From a virus (lineage: Duplodnaviria; Caudoviricetes): 64,000 bases of DNA. The stretch lies in the IMG/VR virus record IMGVR_UViG_3300047160_035177, positions 209 to 64,208 of that record, one strand, 5' to 3'. This document shows, in pieces, positions 1 to 8,449 of the stretch. The notes under the pieces were generated by a model. That model saw only the letters and a list, made by a program, of their open reading frames with translations, did not search any database and had not been told where the DNA came from. The position numbers and the translations under genes were made by a program. Position 1 is the first letter of the stretch. Each line of letters begins with the position of its first letter.

Positions 1-204
1 CTCATCGGGCGTGTAGGCATCTACACCACTTGAAAAAACGTGTGCGAAGCCGCGTTCACCACCATCGCCGTCAGTGCCGTGTATCGTGGTGGAATAATCG
101 ATCCTAAGAACGCGCCCGAGACAAACAAATGCCTCGGGCCAAACGACACCGTTGATCTCGGGGCAATCGAGTAGCTTGCCGGGGATTTCATCTATGAGGC
201 GCAC
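1..204 (-). CDS. 5' part of a putative virion protein running off position 1 (MRLIDEIPGK...LGRVLRIDY...GFAHVFSSGVDAYTPDE)
   Basis: Own translation: GTG at 204 overlapping the upstream stop, 68 open codons ending exactly at base 1. Confidence 0.7.
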   Translation of the reverse strand, partial: MRLIDEIPGKLLDCPEINGVVWPEAFVCLGRVLRIDYSTTIHGTDGDGGERGFAHVFSSGVDAYTPDE

Positions 205-569
205 TTACAGCTATTCCAGGTTGTTCCCTGCGGACAACGAGGCGGGTAAGGCGGAGTTGTAGTTGGGGTGCAGCAACCACCGCCGCCCGGCGCAAAACTT
301 GTGTATCCGAACGGACAAACAGAAAAACCCGACTTTATTCCTGTTTCCGATGCTTCAGAAGCAACCGCGCGCCGCTGCACTGCAGATCTTGATGCTGGTT
401 TAGTTGTGCCTACGACGCACCGTTGACTGATGTAATCCCAATAGTAGCCGGGTGGGCAGCCGTGCCAAGTGTTGTAAGGGGTAAGCACAGCGCCTTGACC
501 GTATTCGGGCACGAAGCCCATTCCGTGGTCAACGTAGGAAACACCGCACTGATCAACCATTCGTCGCAT
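192..569 (-). CDS. Cys-rich putative virion protein with CPxG(Y/T) repeats
   Basis: GCPPGYYW, CPFGY, CPQGTTW; coupled to neighbours. Confidence 0.7.
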   Translation of the reverse strand: MRRMVDQCGVSYVDHGMGFVPEYGQGAVLTPYNTWHGCPPGYYWDYISQRCVVGTTKPASRSAVQRRAVASEASETGIKSGFSVCPFGYTSFAPGGGGCCTPTTTPPYPPRCPQGTTWNSCKCAS

Positions 570-1000
570 CAGATTTTCCTTCCCGCGGTAGTAAACGCGC
601 TTTTGAAAACGTAGTTGGAAACGATGCCGGCGATCACAGAAACGAGGATGTTGATCACCACGGCTTCGGAGAAAGTGAAATCGCCGAGACCGGACGGGCT
701 AGATGTTGCTCCAATTCCATCAACGGCAGGGGCGAAGAGCATTCCCAGACCTGGACGCGTACGCCCACGCGAGGCGGGGAGACTAGCCCTGACAACTTGG
801 CCCACGGCAACTTCGCTGAAACCTACAGGTTGGGCATCTTGGGGGAGCGGGCAGAGGGACATCCCGATATCGATCATCCCACCGACACCGGGCTGCGTCG
901 CAGGTTTGCAGAGTGTGGGATCGGCCATGAGCGGACGTTGCCGCCCATCTTGGTAGACGGCGAACTGACGCCGATTCCAATCCCACACTGAGTAATTCAT
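569..1000 (-). CDS. Tail-anchored membrane protein with GLG/GIG motifs
   Basis: PGLGM, DGIGA, SGLGD; C-terminal hydrophobic helix VVINILVSVIAGIV. Confidence 0.75.
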   Translation of the reverse strand: MNYSVWDWNRRQFAVYQDGRQRPLMADPTLCKPATQPGVGGMIDIGMSLCPLPQDAQPVGFSEVAVGQVVRASLPASRGRTRPGLGMLFAPAVDGIGATSSPSGLGDFTFSEAVVINILVSVIAGIVSNYVFKSAFTTAGRKI

Positions 1001-1227
1001 TCAAGATCCGAGAACGGCGGTAGCTCCGAGAAAGCCGCTCCTTGGGATTCTACCTGTTCGCGTGACAGCACAACAATCCGAACCTCGATCACCTGCCCAC
1101 AAGAATTCGTCGCCGCAACGTTGATGAACCGTGCACCACGGCCGAGCGCTTCAAGCTCGGCGCTCGTAAGTGCAACTTCAACGGGGCAAGCGTGATGGTT
1201 GTAGGCGGGCGCGGTCATTTTTGCCAA
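997..1227 (-). CDS. Hypothetical protein
   Basis: ORF coupled to downstream gene (ATGA overlap). Confidence 0.55.
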   Translation of the reverse strand: MAKMTAPAYNHHACPVEVALTSAELEALGRGARFINVAATNSCGQVIEVRIVVLSREQVESQGAAFSELPPFSDLE

Positions 1228-1313
1228 GGCGACGCGGAAGGCAGCGGACGTCCCAACTTTTGCTCTTCGAGAGCTTTCTGATCCGCTTCACGGCGGACCT
1301 TGTCGGTGAATGC

Positions 1314-1361
1314 TCAACCAAGACCAGTAGGAACAACGGGAACGGGAACGATGTGGATCAT
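1314..1361 (-). CDS. 15-codon mini-ORF MIHIVPVPVVPTGLG; frame stays open past the TGA to 1215
   Basis: ATG overlaps the stop of 1358..2578; ends exactly on a GLG motif. Confidence 0.3.
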   Translation of the reverse strand: MIHIVPVPVVPTGLG

Positions 1362-2578
1362 GATTTCCCCCGTGAAGCGACCGCGAGAAGCACGATACCA
1401 ACAACAATCCCGATAACGCCGAACGCGGTTGCGCTTGTGCTAGCTGTTTGCGGGCTGCTGGTCGTTGGAAGCGTAGTGAGCAACTTTGGATCAAATTCTT
1501 GCTGTGTGTCCATCCAGCGGGCACGCTCGGTGCCAGGAAGCGGCCACTGGCCGGTGCTCATCGCGATCTTCACCTGTGAAGGCGAGAGATTGATCCACTG
1601 GCCTTGGACCGCAGCGTTTATGAGGGCGTTGGTAGCCAAGCCCACCGCGAGAGAAGCGAGAAGATTCCCACCGGTGCCGAGCGTCCAAAGAGACGTCCAG
1701 GCGGTACCAACGGAAGCAGCGGGGCCCGCGTTGGGATTCACATAGACCTGCAGAACGGGGCCTTCAAGGCGCCGATCGACACTCGCTAGAATTCCCGTGG
1801 GACCAACCTGAGCCGCGGTCGCTGTTAGAACGTCGTACTTGTGGCCCCACTCTACAGCGGTCGACTGCGTTGGCTGGGATCCACAGATGATGCGATCTGT
1901 GAAAGGTCCAACGGCGCGGGTTTGATCTACGCCTCTGGTGCTAGACCAAGAAGACGAATCGGAGGCAAGCCACATCGCCGCCGTCTGCAGGATGGGAAGC
2001 GTCTTCTGATACTGCGCAGGCAGACGAGCGGTCCACGAAGCTACGATCCCTTGCGACTGTTGTAGCTCGGGCGATTCACACTTGGTGGATCCGTCAGGGT
2101 TGCGGAGCGTCAGCGTTCCCGTGGAGCTGCGCACGAAGCCCTGATCGATTGGGGTCGGTGTCTCAGTGCAAGCCGCGAAGGGAGCTTGAATCGATGGGTC
2201 GTTCGCACGAAGCTTGTGCGATTCGTCGATCATCGTGGCCCACGACTTCGACGGGTGGTAAACGCCGGGCTCGACCACTTCGGTAGCGGCAACGGTCGGC
2301 ACCGCGAAACCTTGGCTGTAGCCAGTCCAGATCGCTTGGCAGCGACCGAGCTTATCGACCACTGACTGCGGAGTCGGGAAGTAATCGATGTTGCTGTTCA
2401 GATCGGCAGCGAAAACAGTTCCGCCGTTGGGAAATGCAGCTGGTAGATCAGCTGCTGCCCATGTTCGGCACGGCTGCGAGCTGGACGAGAAGATCCCACC
2501 ACCGGAGACAACGCCGCAGTTGCCTACCTCACGGTAGCGCTTGTCGTCAGTCTGGCCAAGTGATCGAACGGATAGCAT
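1358..2578 (-). CDS. Large tail-anchored putative virion membrane protein
   Basis: N-terminus MLSVRSLGQ; C-terminal TM AFGVIGIVVGIVLLAV followed by basic residues. Confidence 0.8.
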   Translation of the reverse strand: MLSVRSLGQTDDKRYREVGNCGVVSGGGIFSSSSQPCRTWAAADLPAAFPNGGTVFAADLNSNIDYFPTPQSVVDKLGRCQAIWTGYSQGFAVPTVAATEVVEPGVYHPSKSWATMIDESHKLRANDPSIQAPFAACTETPTPIDQGFVRSSTGTLTLRNPDGSTKCESPELQQSQGIVASWTARLPAQYQKTLPILQTAAMWLASDSSSWSSTRGVDQTRAVGPFTDRIICGSQPTQSTAVEWGHKYDVLTATAAQVGPTGILASVDRRLEGPVLQVYVNPNAGPAASVGTAWTSLWTLGTGGNLLASLAVGLATNALINAAVQGQWINLSPSQVKIAMSTGQWPLPGTERARWMDTQQEFDPKLLTTLPTTSSPQTASTSATAFGVIGIVVGIVLLAVASRGKS

Positions 2579-2579
2579 T

Positions 2580-2894
2580 TCACTTTTGAAGTTTGCGAAG
2601 CATGCTTTTGAAAGCGTCTATTTGCATGTTCAACTCGTCTTCGTCGTCTTCGCTTTTGGCTTTATCTAACTGCTTTTCCGCACCTTCGATCGCGTCTTCC
2701 ACTTCTGATTCAAGGCCGTCTTTGAGATCGTCGAACCATTCCGCATCGGTCATGTCGCTATGTGGACGACGTGAACCCAACGCGAGCGCGCCGGTCGAGC
2801 AGACAGCGTAGAGCATGGTGCTTTGGCCACCGTGCCACGCACAAGCGGCTTCGACTTCATCGCCATCAAATTCGATTTCATACTTTGGCATCAA
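2580..2894 (-). CDS. Acidic hypothetical protein
   Basis: Intact ORF in operon. Confidence 0.65.
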   Translation of the reverse strand: MMPKYEIEFDGDEVEAACAWHGGQSTMLYAVCSTGALALGSRRPHSDMTDAEWFDDLKDGLESEVEDAIEGAEKQLDKAKSEDDEDELNMQIDAFKSMLRKLQK

Positions 2895-3058
2895 TTTTTC
2901 CTCGATCGAGATGCGATAACGGCAACGATGCCGATCAGAGCTGCGGCGATTCCAACCTTGGTGATCGTTGGTAGCGTCGAAGCAGTGGAAGTCGAAGAAG
3001 CTTGGGGTGCTTCCTTAACTTCGGTAACTGTGGCGGCACCGAGTGGGATCTTGAGCAT
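2891..3058 (-). CDS. Small tail-anchored membrane protein (MLKIPLGA...)
   Basis: Start reassigned to the ATG in a TAATG overlap at 3058; PLGA motif; C-terminal TM plus SRSRKN. Confidence 0.7.
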   Translation of the reverse strand: MLKIPLGAATVTEVKEAPQASSTSTASTLPTITKVGIAAALIGIVAVIASRSRKN

Positions 3059-3531
3059 TAGCGTTTCAGCAATAGGAGTAGAAGAACCGCGCCACCACCG
3101 AGAAGCAGTAAGGTTTGAGGCGTGATCGAGCTTGGAACTTGGTAGCCCGGGTAACCTGGATACATGCCAGGATAACCGGGAACATTCGGGAGAACCCCAG
3201 CGCCGAAGCTGGCAAGGATGCCGCAAGCACCGCCCGAGTAGCTTTCCCAAGAAGGACCGAGACGGAGAGCTAGAATCCGTCGCGTCTCATCGTTCCAAGT
3301 ACCGGTGACGGAAGCGGCCGTGAGTTGTCCTTGACCCTGAAGGTAAAACTGGATCGCGCGGATGCAGTAATCGCTCGACATCTCTGCCGCGGTCTTCTTG
3401 TCGCAGCGCTGGCAGCCCGAACCTGAAGGATCGAGAGTGATCTTGTAGTCGGTTGGATTCGGGCAGACGAGGGGCGCAGGGTAGTACCCAGTCGGGCAAT
3501 TCGGCGATGCCTGTCCAAGTGCAGAGCGCAT
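3058..3531 (-). CDS. Cys-rich tail-anchored protein with a possible peptidoglycan-binding-like motif
   Basis: MRSALGQ; AIQFYLQGQGQ...VTGTWNDETRRIL resembles a PG-binding helix pair; C-terminal TM. Confidence 0.7.
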   Translation of the reverse strand: MRSALGQASPNCPTGYYPAPLVCPNPTDYKITLDPSGSGCQRCDKKTAAEMSSDYCIRAIQFYLQGQGQLTAASVTGTWNDETRRILALRLGPSWESYSGGACGILASFGAGVLPNVPGYPGMYPGYPGYQVPSSITPQTLLLLGGGAVLLLLLLKR

Positions 3532-4589
3532 TAGCCGGCAGATTTCTTCATGATACCTAGAGCAAGAAGAAGGACCGCAGCGCCGATCGCGATCTTGACA
3601 CCGGTAGAGAAACCTACGTTGGCTTGGCTGGTATCAACTGGCGTTCCGGGCGCGGGCGCGGGCGTTGTTGCGGTTGGCGTAGGCGCCAACGTGGTGGGAA
3701 CGCTTGGGACTACGCAGCACGTGTACTGACCGCGGGCCTCGAGCGTGTACGGTGGTCCGCACGGAATCGGATTCTCGCCGGGTAGGAAGCAATTAGCCCC
3801 ACGAACGCACTTCACGCAGCGGGTGCGAGGATCGACCGCGAGATACTCGCCCGCAGGGCAAGTTGACGGCCCTTGATCGGGAGTTGACCAACCAGGTGCG
3901 CAAAGCGGATTGCAGATCTCGCAACCAGATCCGCTAGGATCTGCAGACCAACCGTAGCCAGGAATACAGGTAATGTGGCTACCGGTGGGTGGTTGCTGAT
4001 AACCCGGCGAACACGGGATCGGTGCAGGAGGGGGAGACGTTGGCGCAGGTAACGTAACTACCGTGGGTGTGAGAGTCACCGCTGGTGCTGGCGTCTTTTC
4101 GACAAGATCCGTCCAGACCATACCGGGTGAGTAAACGCCTGGTGAAACTAGAACTAGACCGCCGTCAGGGGTTGCAACGAGAAGTCCAGCCGATCGCAAA
4201 TCTTGATTTTGGCAGTTACAAGTTCTACCGGCCACGAAACCGCTGTTTGGGGTACAACCGGGTGGATCAAAGAGCGCCGGAGTCTTTGTTCCGCCTCCGA
4301 TGTACCAACCAACCGACGAACTACCTCCAACTTCAGTAACCGGAACTTGGGTGCCGCGGAACAGCGAGTCGATCTGATCAAAAGTCAGATTCGTGTCGCT
4401 GCCATAACGGCCACGTGCTATTTGGTTCTGTGTAGCGCCAACGGGATTGTAATTGCAGTTCCCACCAGGAACGATGCTGTATCGAGATCCCCCAGCCTGA
4501 ACACCTTTGGGCTGGTACTGTTGCTTCGCCTGCCCGAGCCCACGATTTAGGTACGCGAGAATGCTGTCTCGCATAGTTGGTTGAAACAT
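3531..4589 (-). CDS. Cys/Pro/Thr-rich tail-anchored virion protein
   Basis: RGLGQ; CxPGY and CxxC repeats; PT-rich stalk; C-terminal TM. Confidence 0.8.
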   Translation of the reverse strand: MFQPTMRDSILAYLNRGLGQAKQQYQPKGVQAGGSRYSIVPGGNCNYNPVGATQNQIARGRYGSDTNLTFDQIDSLFRGTQVPVTEVGGSSSVGWYIGGGTKTPALFDPPGCTPNSGFVAGRTCNCQNQDLRSAGLLVATPDGGLVLVSPGVYSPGMVWTDLVEKTPAPAVTLTPTVVTLPAPTSPPPAPIPCSPGYQQPPTGSHITCIPGYGWSADPSGSGCEICNPLCAPGWSTPDQGPSTCPAGEYLAVDPRTRCVKCVRGANCFLPGENPIPCGPPYTLEARGQYTCCVVPSVPTTLAPTPTATTPAPAPGTPVDTSQANVGFSTGVKIAIGAAVLLLALGIMKKSAG

Positions 4590-5545
4590 TACTTTTTCCC
4601 CAAGAAGTAGATGAGGCCTAGAACGACCGCGGCGCCGATACCAACCTTAGCGCCGGTCGAGAGATTCGACGTCAACGTTGAAGGTGGCGTGATCGTCGCG
4701 GGCCCCGGCGTTGGCGCTGCCGTTGGCGTTGGTGCCAAAGTCGTAGGCGTCGCGCCCGGCGTTGTAGTAACAGACGGCGGCGCTGCTTGGCCCGGTGGGA
4801 TGGGCGCGCACACAACGCAGTCGGGATACTGTGGGTGATGCACCGACTGCCAACCTTGCTGACACGTCTGCGGGCCATGCACGTACGGACGTGGGCAACC
4901 GCCGATCGCGCAGCCAACGCAGCCCGTGTCTTCCTGCACCGTGAATGTGTAGCCAGGCGGGCAACCACCGAACACCCAGCCCATCGGCGGCTTCGCATAG
5001 CCAGACGGGCAGGGCTGCGCGTTGTCGCGTAGGCACGTGTTGCAGCCGTCTGGCGACAAAATCACTTTCGGGTGATCGGCCGTGCACTGTTGCTGCCAAG
5101 TGAATGGCGGCATGCAGATGGGCGGTGGGTTGCCTGGTCCAAAGCCTGCGGGCGGCATGTTTCCCCCTGGAGGCGGAGCGCCCGGTGCGGGTGCTCCTGG
5201 TGCGCCTCCGCCCGGTGGTCTTTGTATCGGTGGATTTTCGCTGATGTTGCCGGTCGGGCATTTATAGCAATTGGGATTCGATGGATCGGCTTGGATAGCT
5301 ACATCGCAGTAAGACGTTCCGCCGAAATCGTGCCAATACGACTTTGAGAAGTAGGCGCCTTGGCAGGTAGCCGTTACACACGTGTAGCAAGTATCGTCTG
5401 CCCACTTTGGTTGCTGACCGGGAGGGCAAATGTAGGTATTCGGCTGCTTGCCCGAATTGGGATAGTCAGGCGGGCAGGATGCACCAAGACCCGCTAGCGC
5501 ACGCGCGACGTCTGATCGAATCGTTGACTGCGCTCGCTGCCTCAT
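4589..5545 (-). CDS. Cys/Pro/Thr-rich tail-anchored virion protein, likely paralog of 3531..4589
   Basis: Start set at ATGA overlap 5545; AGLGASC; CPxGY repeats; shared TTLAPTPT and STG(A/V)K(V/I)(G/A)IGAAV anchor. Confidence 0.8.
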   Translation of the reverse strand: MRQRAQSTIRSDVARALAGLGASCPPDYPNSGKQPNTYICPPGQQPKWADDTCYTCVTATCQGAYFSKSYWHDFGGTSYCDVAIQADPSNPNCYKCPTGNISENPPIQRPPGGGAPGAPAPGAPPPGGNMPPAGFGPGNPPPICMPPFTWQQQCTADHPKVILSPDGCNTCLRDNAQPCPSGYAKPPMGWVFGGCPPGYTFTVQEDTGCVGCAIGGCPRPYVHGPQTCQQGWQSVHHPQYPDCVVCAPIPPGQAAPPSVTTTPGATPTTLAPTPTAAPTPGPATITPPSTLTSNLSTGAKVGIGAAVVLGLIYFLGKK

Positions 5546-6024
5546 GACATCTCCAACGTGGGTTGAACCGGCCGCGTCCGCCGCAAGATGAGCCAAACGA
5601 GCGTAGCACCAGCGATGAGACCACCTGTGATGATGAGCGGTTTGTATTGCTCCGTGAACGGAACTGCAGAAGGTGGGAGAGGCGAAAGCGACGGACCTAC
5701 AGACTGACCCTGCATCTGCTCGAACTGTGTTCGCCAGTCAGCAAGTTTCGATCGGTATTCAAGCGTCTTCTCGTACGTCCCGTAAAAGAGGCGGGCAGTC
5801 CAATCTTGGTGGTCGCTGTAAAACTGCTTCCACTCCTGCCTCCAACGAGTCCACGCGTTGACCCACAGCGTGTTGGTTCCGGCTCCGGTGAACTGTTGAG
5901 TAATACGGATCGCAAGCTCATCTACAGCCTTGTCGACCGCGTTCATCTCATCAAGCATCTGCCCGGGCGTGACAACGATCGCGCCGAGCCCGGATGCGTA
6001 CTGTGCGGAAGCAACGCGCAGCAT
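5542..6024 (-). CDS. Helical, Trp-rich tail-anchored membrane protein
   Basis: MLRVASAQYASGLGA; WTRWRQEWKQF; C-terminal TM. Confidence 0.75.
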   Translation of the reverse strand: MLRVASAQYASGLGAIVVTPGQMLDEMNAVDKAVDELAIRITQQFTGAGTNTLWVNAWTRWRQEWKQFYSDHQDWTARLFYGTYEKTLEYRSKLADWRTQFEQMQGQSVGPSLSPLPPSAVPFTEQYKPLIITGGLIAGATLVWLILRRTRPVQPTLEMS

Positions 6025-6027
6025 CGA

Positions 6028-6486
6028 TCAATCCTGGTGATCGGCGCATTCGCCGGTTTCGCAAGCCTCGCAAGCTTCGGATGCTTCGTAGGCGTCTTCT
6101 TCTGCTTCCTCCGCGTCGTTCGCTTCGGGGTGGTCTTCTAGATAGCGCTTTACCTCGGCCATGAGGCGGGAACGGGAGCGCCGGGCTCGACGCTCACGAA
6201 GCGCAGTCTTACGTCCGTCTTTCGTTTTGGGCGAGACGTAGCGTTTCCAGAACCAGTAACCGCCAGCGAGAAGAGCGGCCGCCAACGCGAGCTTGGTCCA
6301 AGAAGATGACGATCCCTGCGTTGGAGGCGGAGATGGTTGAGGCTGCTGTTGCCCCAACGGGGAAAGTTGTGGGAGCTGGTTCGGAATCGCGATCAGACCT
6401 TGCGGCGTCTGCACCGCGGTGTAGCCGAGAGGCTGGCCTTGTGGGCCAAGAAGTTGGCCGTCAGGCCCGATCAAAATCTGATTCAC
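6028..6486 (-). CDS. Single-pass membrane protein with basic then acidic C-terminal tail
   Basis: PLGY and PLGQ; TM LALAAALLAGGYWFW; RERRARRSRSR then E/D-rich end. Confidence 0.7.
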   Translation of the reverse strand: MNQILIGPDGQLLGPQGQPLGYTAVQTPQGLIAIPNQLPQLSPLGQQQPQPSPPPTQGSSSSWTKLALAAALLAGGYWFWKRYVSPKTKDGRKTALRERRARRSRSRLMAEVKRYLEDHPEANDAEEAEEDAYEASEACEACETGECADHQD

Positions 6487-6489
6487 GGA

Positions 6490-6927
6490 TCACTCCTCTT
6501 CATCGGGCGGAGGCGACGCTTTGGGCGCTGAGGGTGCTGCTGCTTTCGGCCGTGAAAGCACGATCGCGAGCGTGACAGCACCAAGCGCGACCGCGCCGAT
6601 CACCCAAGGATTCTGGTACCAAGCTTGCGCCGGCGCCGGAATGTTCGGCGGCATCGTTGACGGCATGTTCTTGCAGATGCAGTCAGCGATCAGTTGTGGG
6701 CCACCAACGGCCGCGATCGTTGCGTACCAGGGAGCTTGCGCGGGCGTCCCTGGTGCAACGCTCGGCGTCAACGCCTGCACGATCGCAGCGCTCGCTGCAG
6801 CGCGAACTGCAGGGTTGCACCCGACCTTGGACACGACATCCTTAAGGACCGGGATGTACTGCGTCGGGATGATCGAGCAGTAGTCGAACTGCCCTAGCGC
6901 TGTAGTCGGGCGGAGCATCCGACTCAA
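6490..6927 (-). CDS. Tail-anchored membrane protein
   Basis: MLRPTTALGQ (ATG at 6918 may be the true start); TM WVIGAVALGAVTLAIVL. Confidence 0.75.
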   Translation of the reverse strand: MSRMLRPTTALGQFDYCSIIPTQYIPVLKDVVSKVGCNPAVRAAASAAIVQALTPSVAPGTPAQAPWYATIAAVGGPQLIADCICKNMPSTMPPNIPAPAQAWYQNPWVIGAVALGAVTLAIVLSRPKAAAPSAPKASPPPDEEE

Positions 6928-6964
6928 GACGCTAACACGTGCGCGGCGTTACAAGCAATTCGAG

Positions 6965-7255
6965 CTAGAGCGCGCCCGCCTTTTTTACCTTGAAAGTGCG
7001 ATCATCCGCGGCGCGTTTCTTCTCGGTTGCCCACGATCCGTTGGCAACGATCGGCGAGAAGGGAAGATTACCGACCCAGTTTTGCTCACGTTCGCGACAC
7101 TCTTTGTCGTCGCAAACGGTAGATGATCGGTACGCGTTGTGAATTCGTTTCTGCGCGTGCTTGCCGCAACGTGAGCAACGCGCGAAAGAGCTAGCGGGCA
7201 CCTCTCGTACGTTGCCGTAGCGCGTAGGCGGATTCTTTTTATGTTCAACTCTCAT
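6965..7255 (-). CDS. Small Zn-finger-like protein
   Basis: Start at ATGA overlap; CSRC...CDDKEC. Confidence 0.55.
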   Translation of the reverse strand: MRVEHKKNPPTRYGNVREVPASSFARCSRCGKHAQKRIHNAYRSSTVCDDKECREREQNWVGNLPFSPIVANGSWATEKKRAADDRTFKVKKAGAL

Positions 7256-7872
7256 CGTCGCCCCATGGGAATAGCAGCGGGTTGCCAACCGGCAACGGAC
7301 GGTCGGCGCACAGGCTCGATCGGCCATGCTTGGTAACGCGCGATCGAGTGAATCATTTCGGTCGTGTTCGGGCCGGGAACGGGATCCAGCACGATACGCC
7401 GGCCATCGCCAACTTTGACCACAGTAAAAACATGATGGAAGCCTCGTGACGCATCGGTCGTTATCGTCACGAATTCAGCGGTGTTACCGATAGCCATGAC
7501 CATCGCGGCCAAGGTGGTCGCCATCTCTTCGCAATCGACTTGACGCCCGCGCCGGCCGTCAGCGCGATCCCATGTCTCGGGTTGGAGCACCAAGTAGGGA
7601 TGTTGGGTGTATTCGGTGTGCAGCGGGTCTCGCACGTATCGAACGTTTTTTAGAACGTAGTAGTAGATCGCCGCGATCTCGGAAAGGTAGTCCTTGGCCT
7701 CGACCTGGGCGATGATCGATTCAACGAGGCGACGCAGCTCCGGAGATTGTTCTCGCGTGAGCGCGTCACGCACGAGACGACGCATGTCATCGATCGTGTA
7801 CGGAACGCCGTCGTACTCACGGGACTCGTAGCGTTTCCCCGCGGCGTACTGCGTGTGACCGAGACTCAACAC
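7252..7872 (-). CDS. Transglutaminase-like cysteine protease (putative virion maturation protease)
   Basis: VRYVRDP, DCEE (catalytic Cys), FHHVF (His), VLDP (Asp): papain-like transglutaminase core triad; own N-terminus MLSLGH. Confidence 0.8.
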   Translation of the reverse strand: MLSLGHTQYAAGKRYESREYDGVPYTIDDMRRLVRDALTREQSPELRRLVESIIAQVEAKDYLSEIAAIYYYVLKNVRYVRDPLHTEYTQHPYLVLQPETWDRADGRRGRQVDCEEMATTLAAMVMAIGNTAEFVTITTDASRGFHHVFTVVKVGDGRRIVLDPVPGPNTTEMIHSIARYQAWPIEPVRRPSVAGWQPAAIPMGRR

Positions 7873-8042
7873 GGAAGAATTCTAGCATTTCGACGTCGCC
7901 AGCGTTTCCGCGCCCACGCGCCAGCAAAGAAAAGCGCGCAGATGAAGAGCGCAAGCAGCGCGACCTTCATTGGTGCGGACAAAGAACAGTAGCACCATCG
8001 GCAAACGCAACCTATGCCGGTACCGTTGCAGTTACAGCGCAT
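7866..8042 (-). CDS. Small Cys-rich membrane protein (MRCNCNGTGIGCVCRWCYC...)
   Basis: TGATG-coupled start; GIG motif; TM then RKRWRRR. Confidence 0.6.
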   Translation of the reverse strand: MRCNCNGTGIGCVCRWCYCSLSAPMKVALLALFICALFFAGAWARKRWRRRNARILPC

Positions 8043-8449
8043 CAACCCACAACGATCGTGTAACTCCAAGTGATCGTCTGCGCGCACTTCGTGCCCTGAT
8101 CGATCATTACCGTGACCGTCATCGTTCCTTGCTGCGGAACTTGGGGTGGCGACGCGTCGAATTCGACGTAAGTTCCGCCGCCCGCAACAGTAAAGCTGCC
8201 GGGAATGTTGAAAGGGGCTCCGATCACTGGCACGAAGTGCATCACGTAGGAAGCAACGACGACTGGCTGATTGAATGTGATGTCGGACTCGTTCGGATCG
8301 ATGGCCATCGCACCGGGTAGAGGATTCCGATCCACTATGACCGCTAAGGTACAGGGGCCTTTAACCGTTGTCCTCTTCGCGCAGTTGCGGCAGGCTTGCG
8401 AAGGAACTGCGCCGCCGGCCGTACGAGCTTGTCCCGTGTTCCTAGGCAT
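8042..8449 (-). CDS. Beta-rich (Ig-like?) hypothetical protein
   Basis: Alternating hydrophobic strands; in structural operon. Confidence 0.55.
   Translation of the reverse strand: MPRNTGQARTAGGAVPSQACRNCAKRTTVKGPCTLAVIVDRNPLPGAMAIDPNESDITFNQPVVVASYVMHFVPVIGAPFNIPGSFTVAGGGTYVEFDASPPQVPQQGTMTVTVMIDQGTKCAQTITWSYTIVVG

Noticed and set aside
1314-1316. Genome-wide TGA recoding
   Set aside because: TGA clearly terminates many genes in ATGA and GTGA overlaps
6965-7255. Basic-x-NP motif (KKNP here, RRSNP at 58541 gene, RSANP at 62184 gene) as a second processing signal
   Set aside because: Too few and too short to distinguish from chance without homolog alignments
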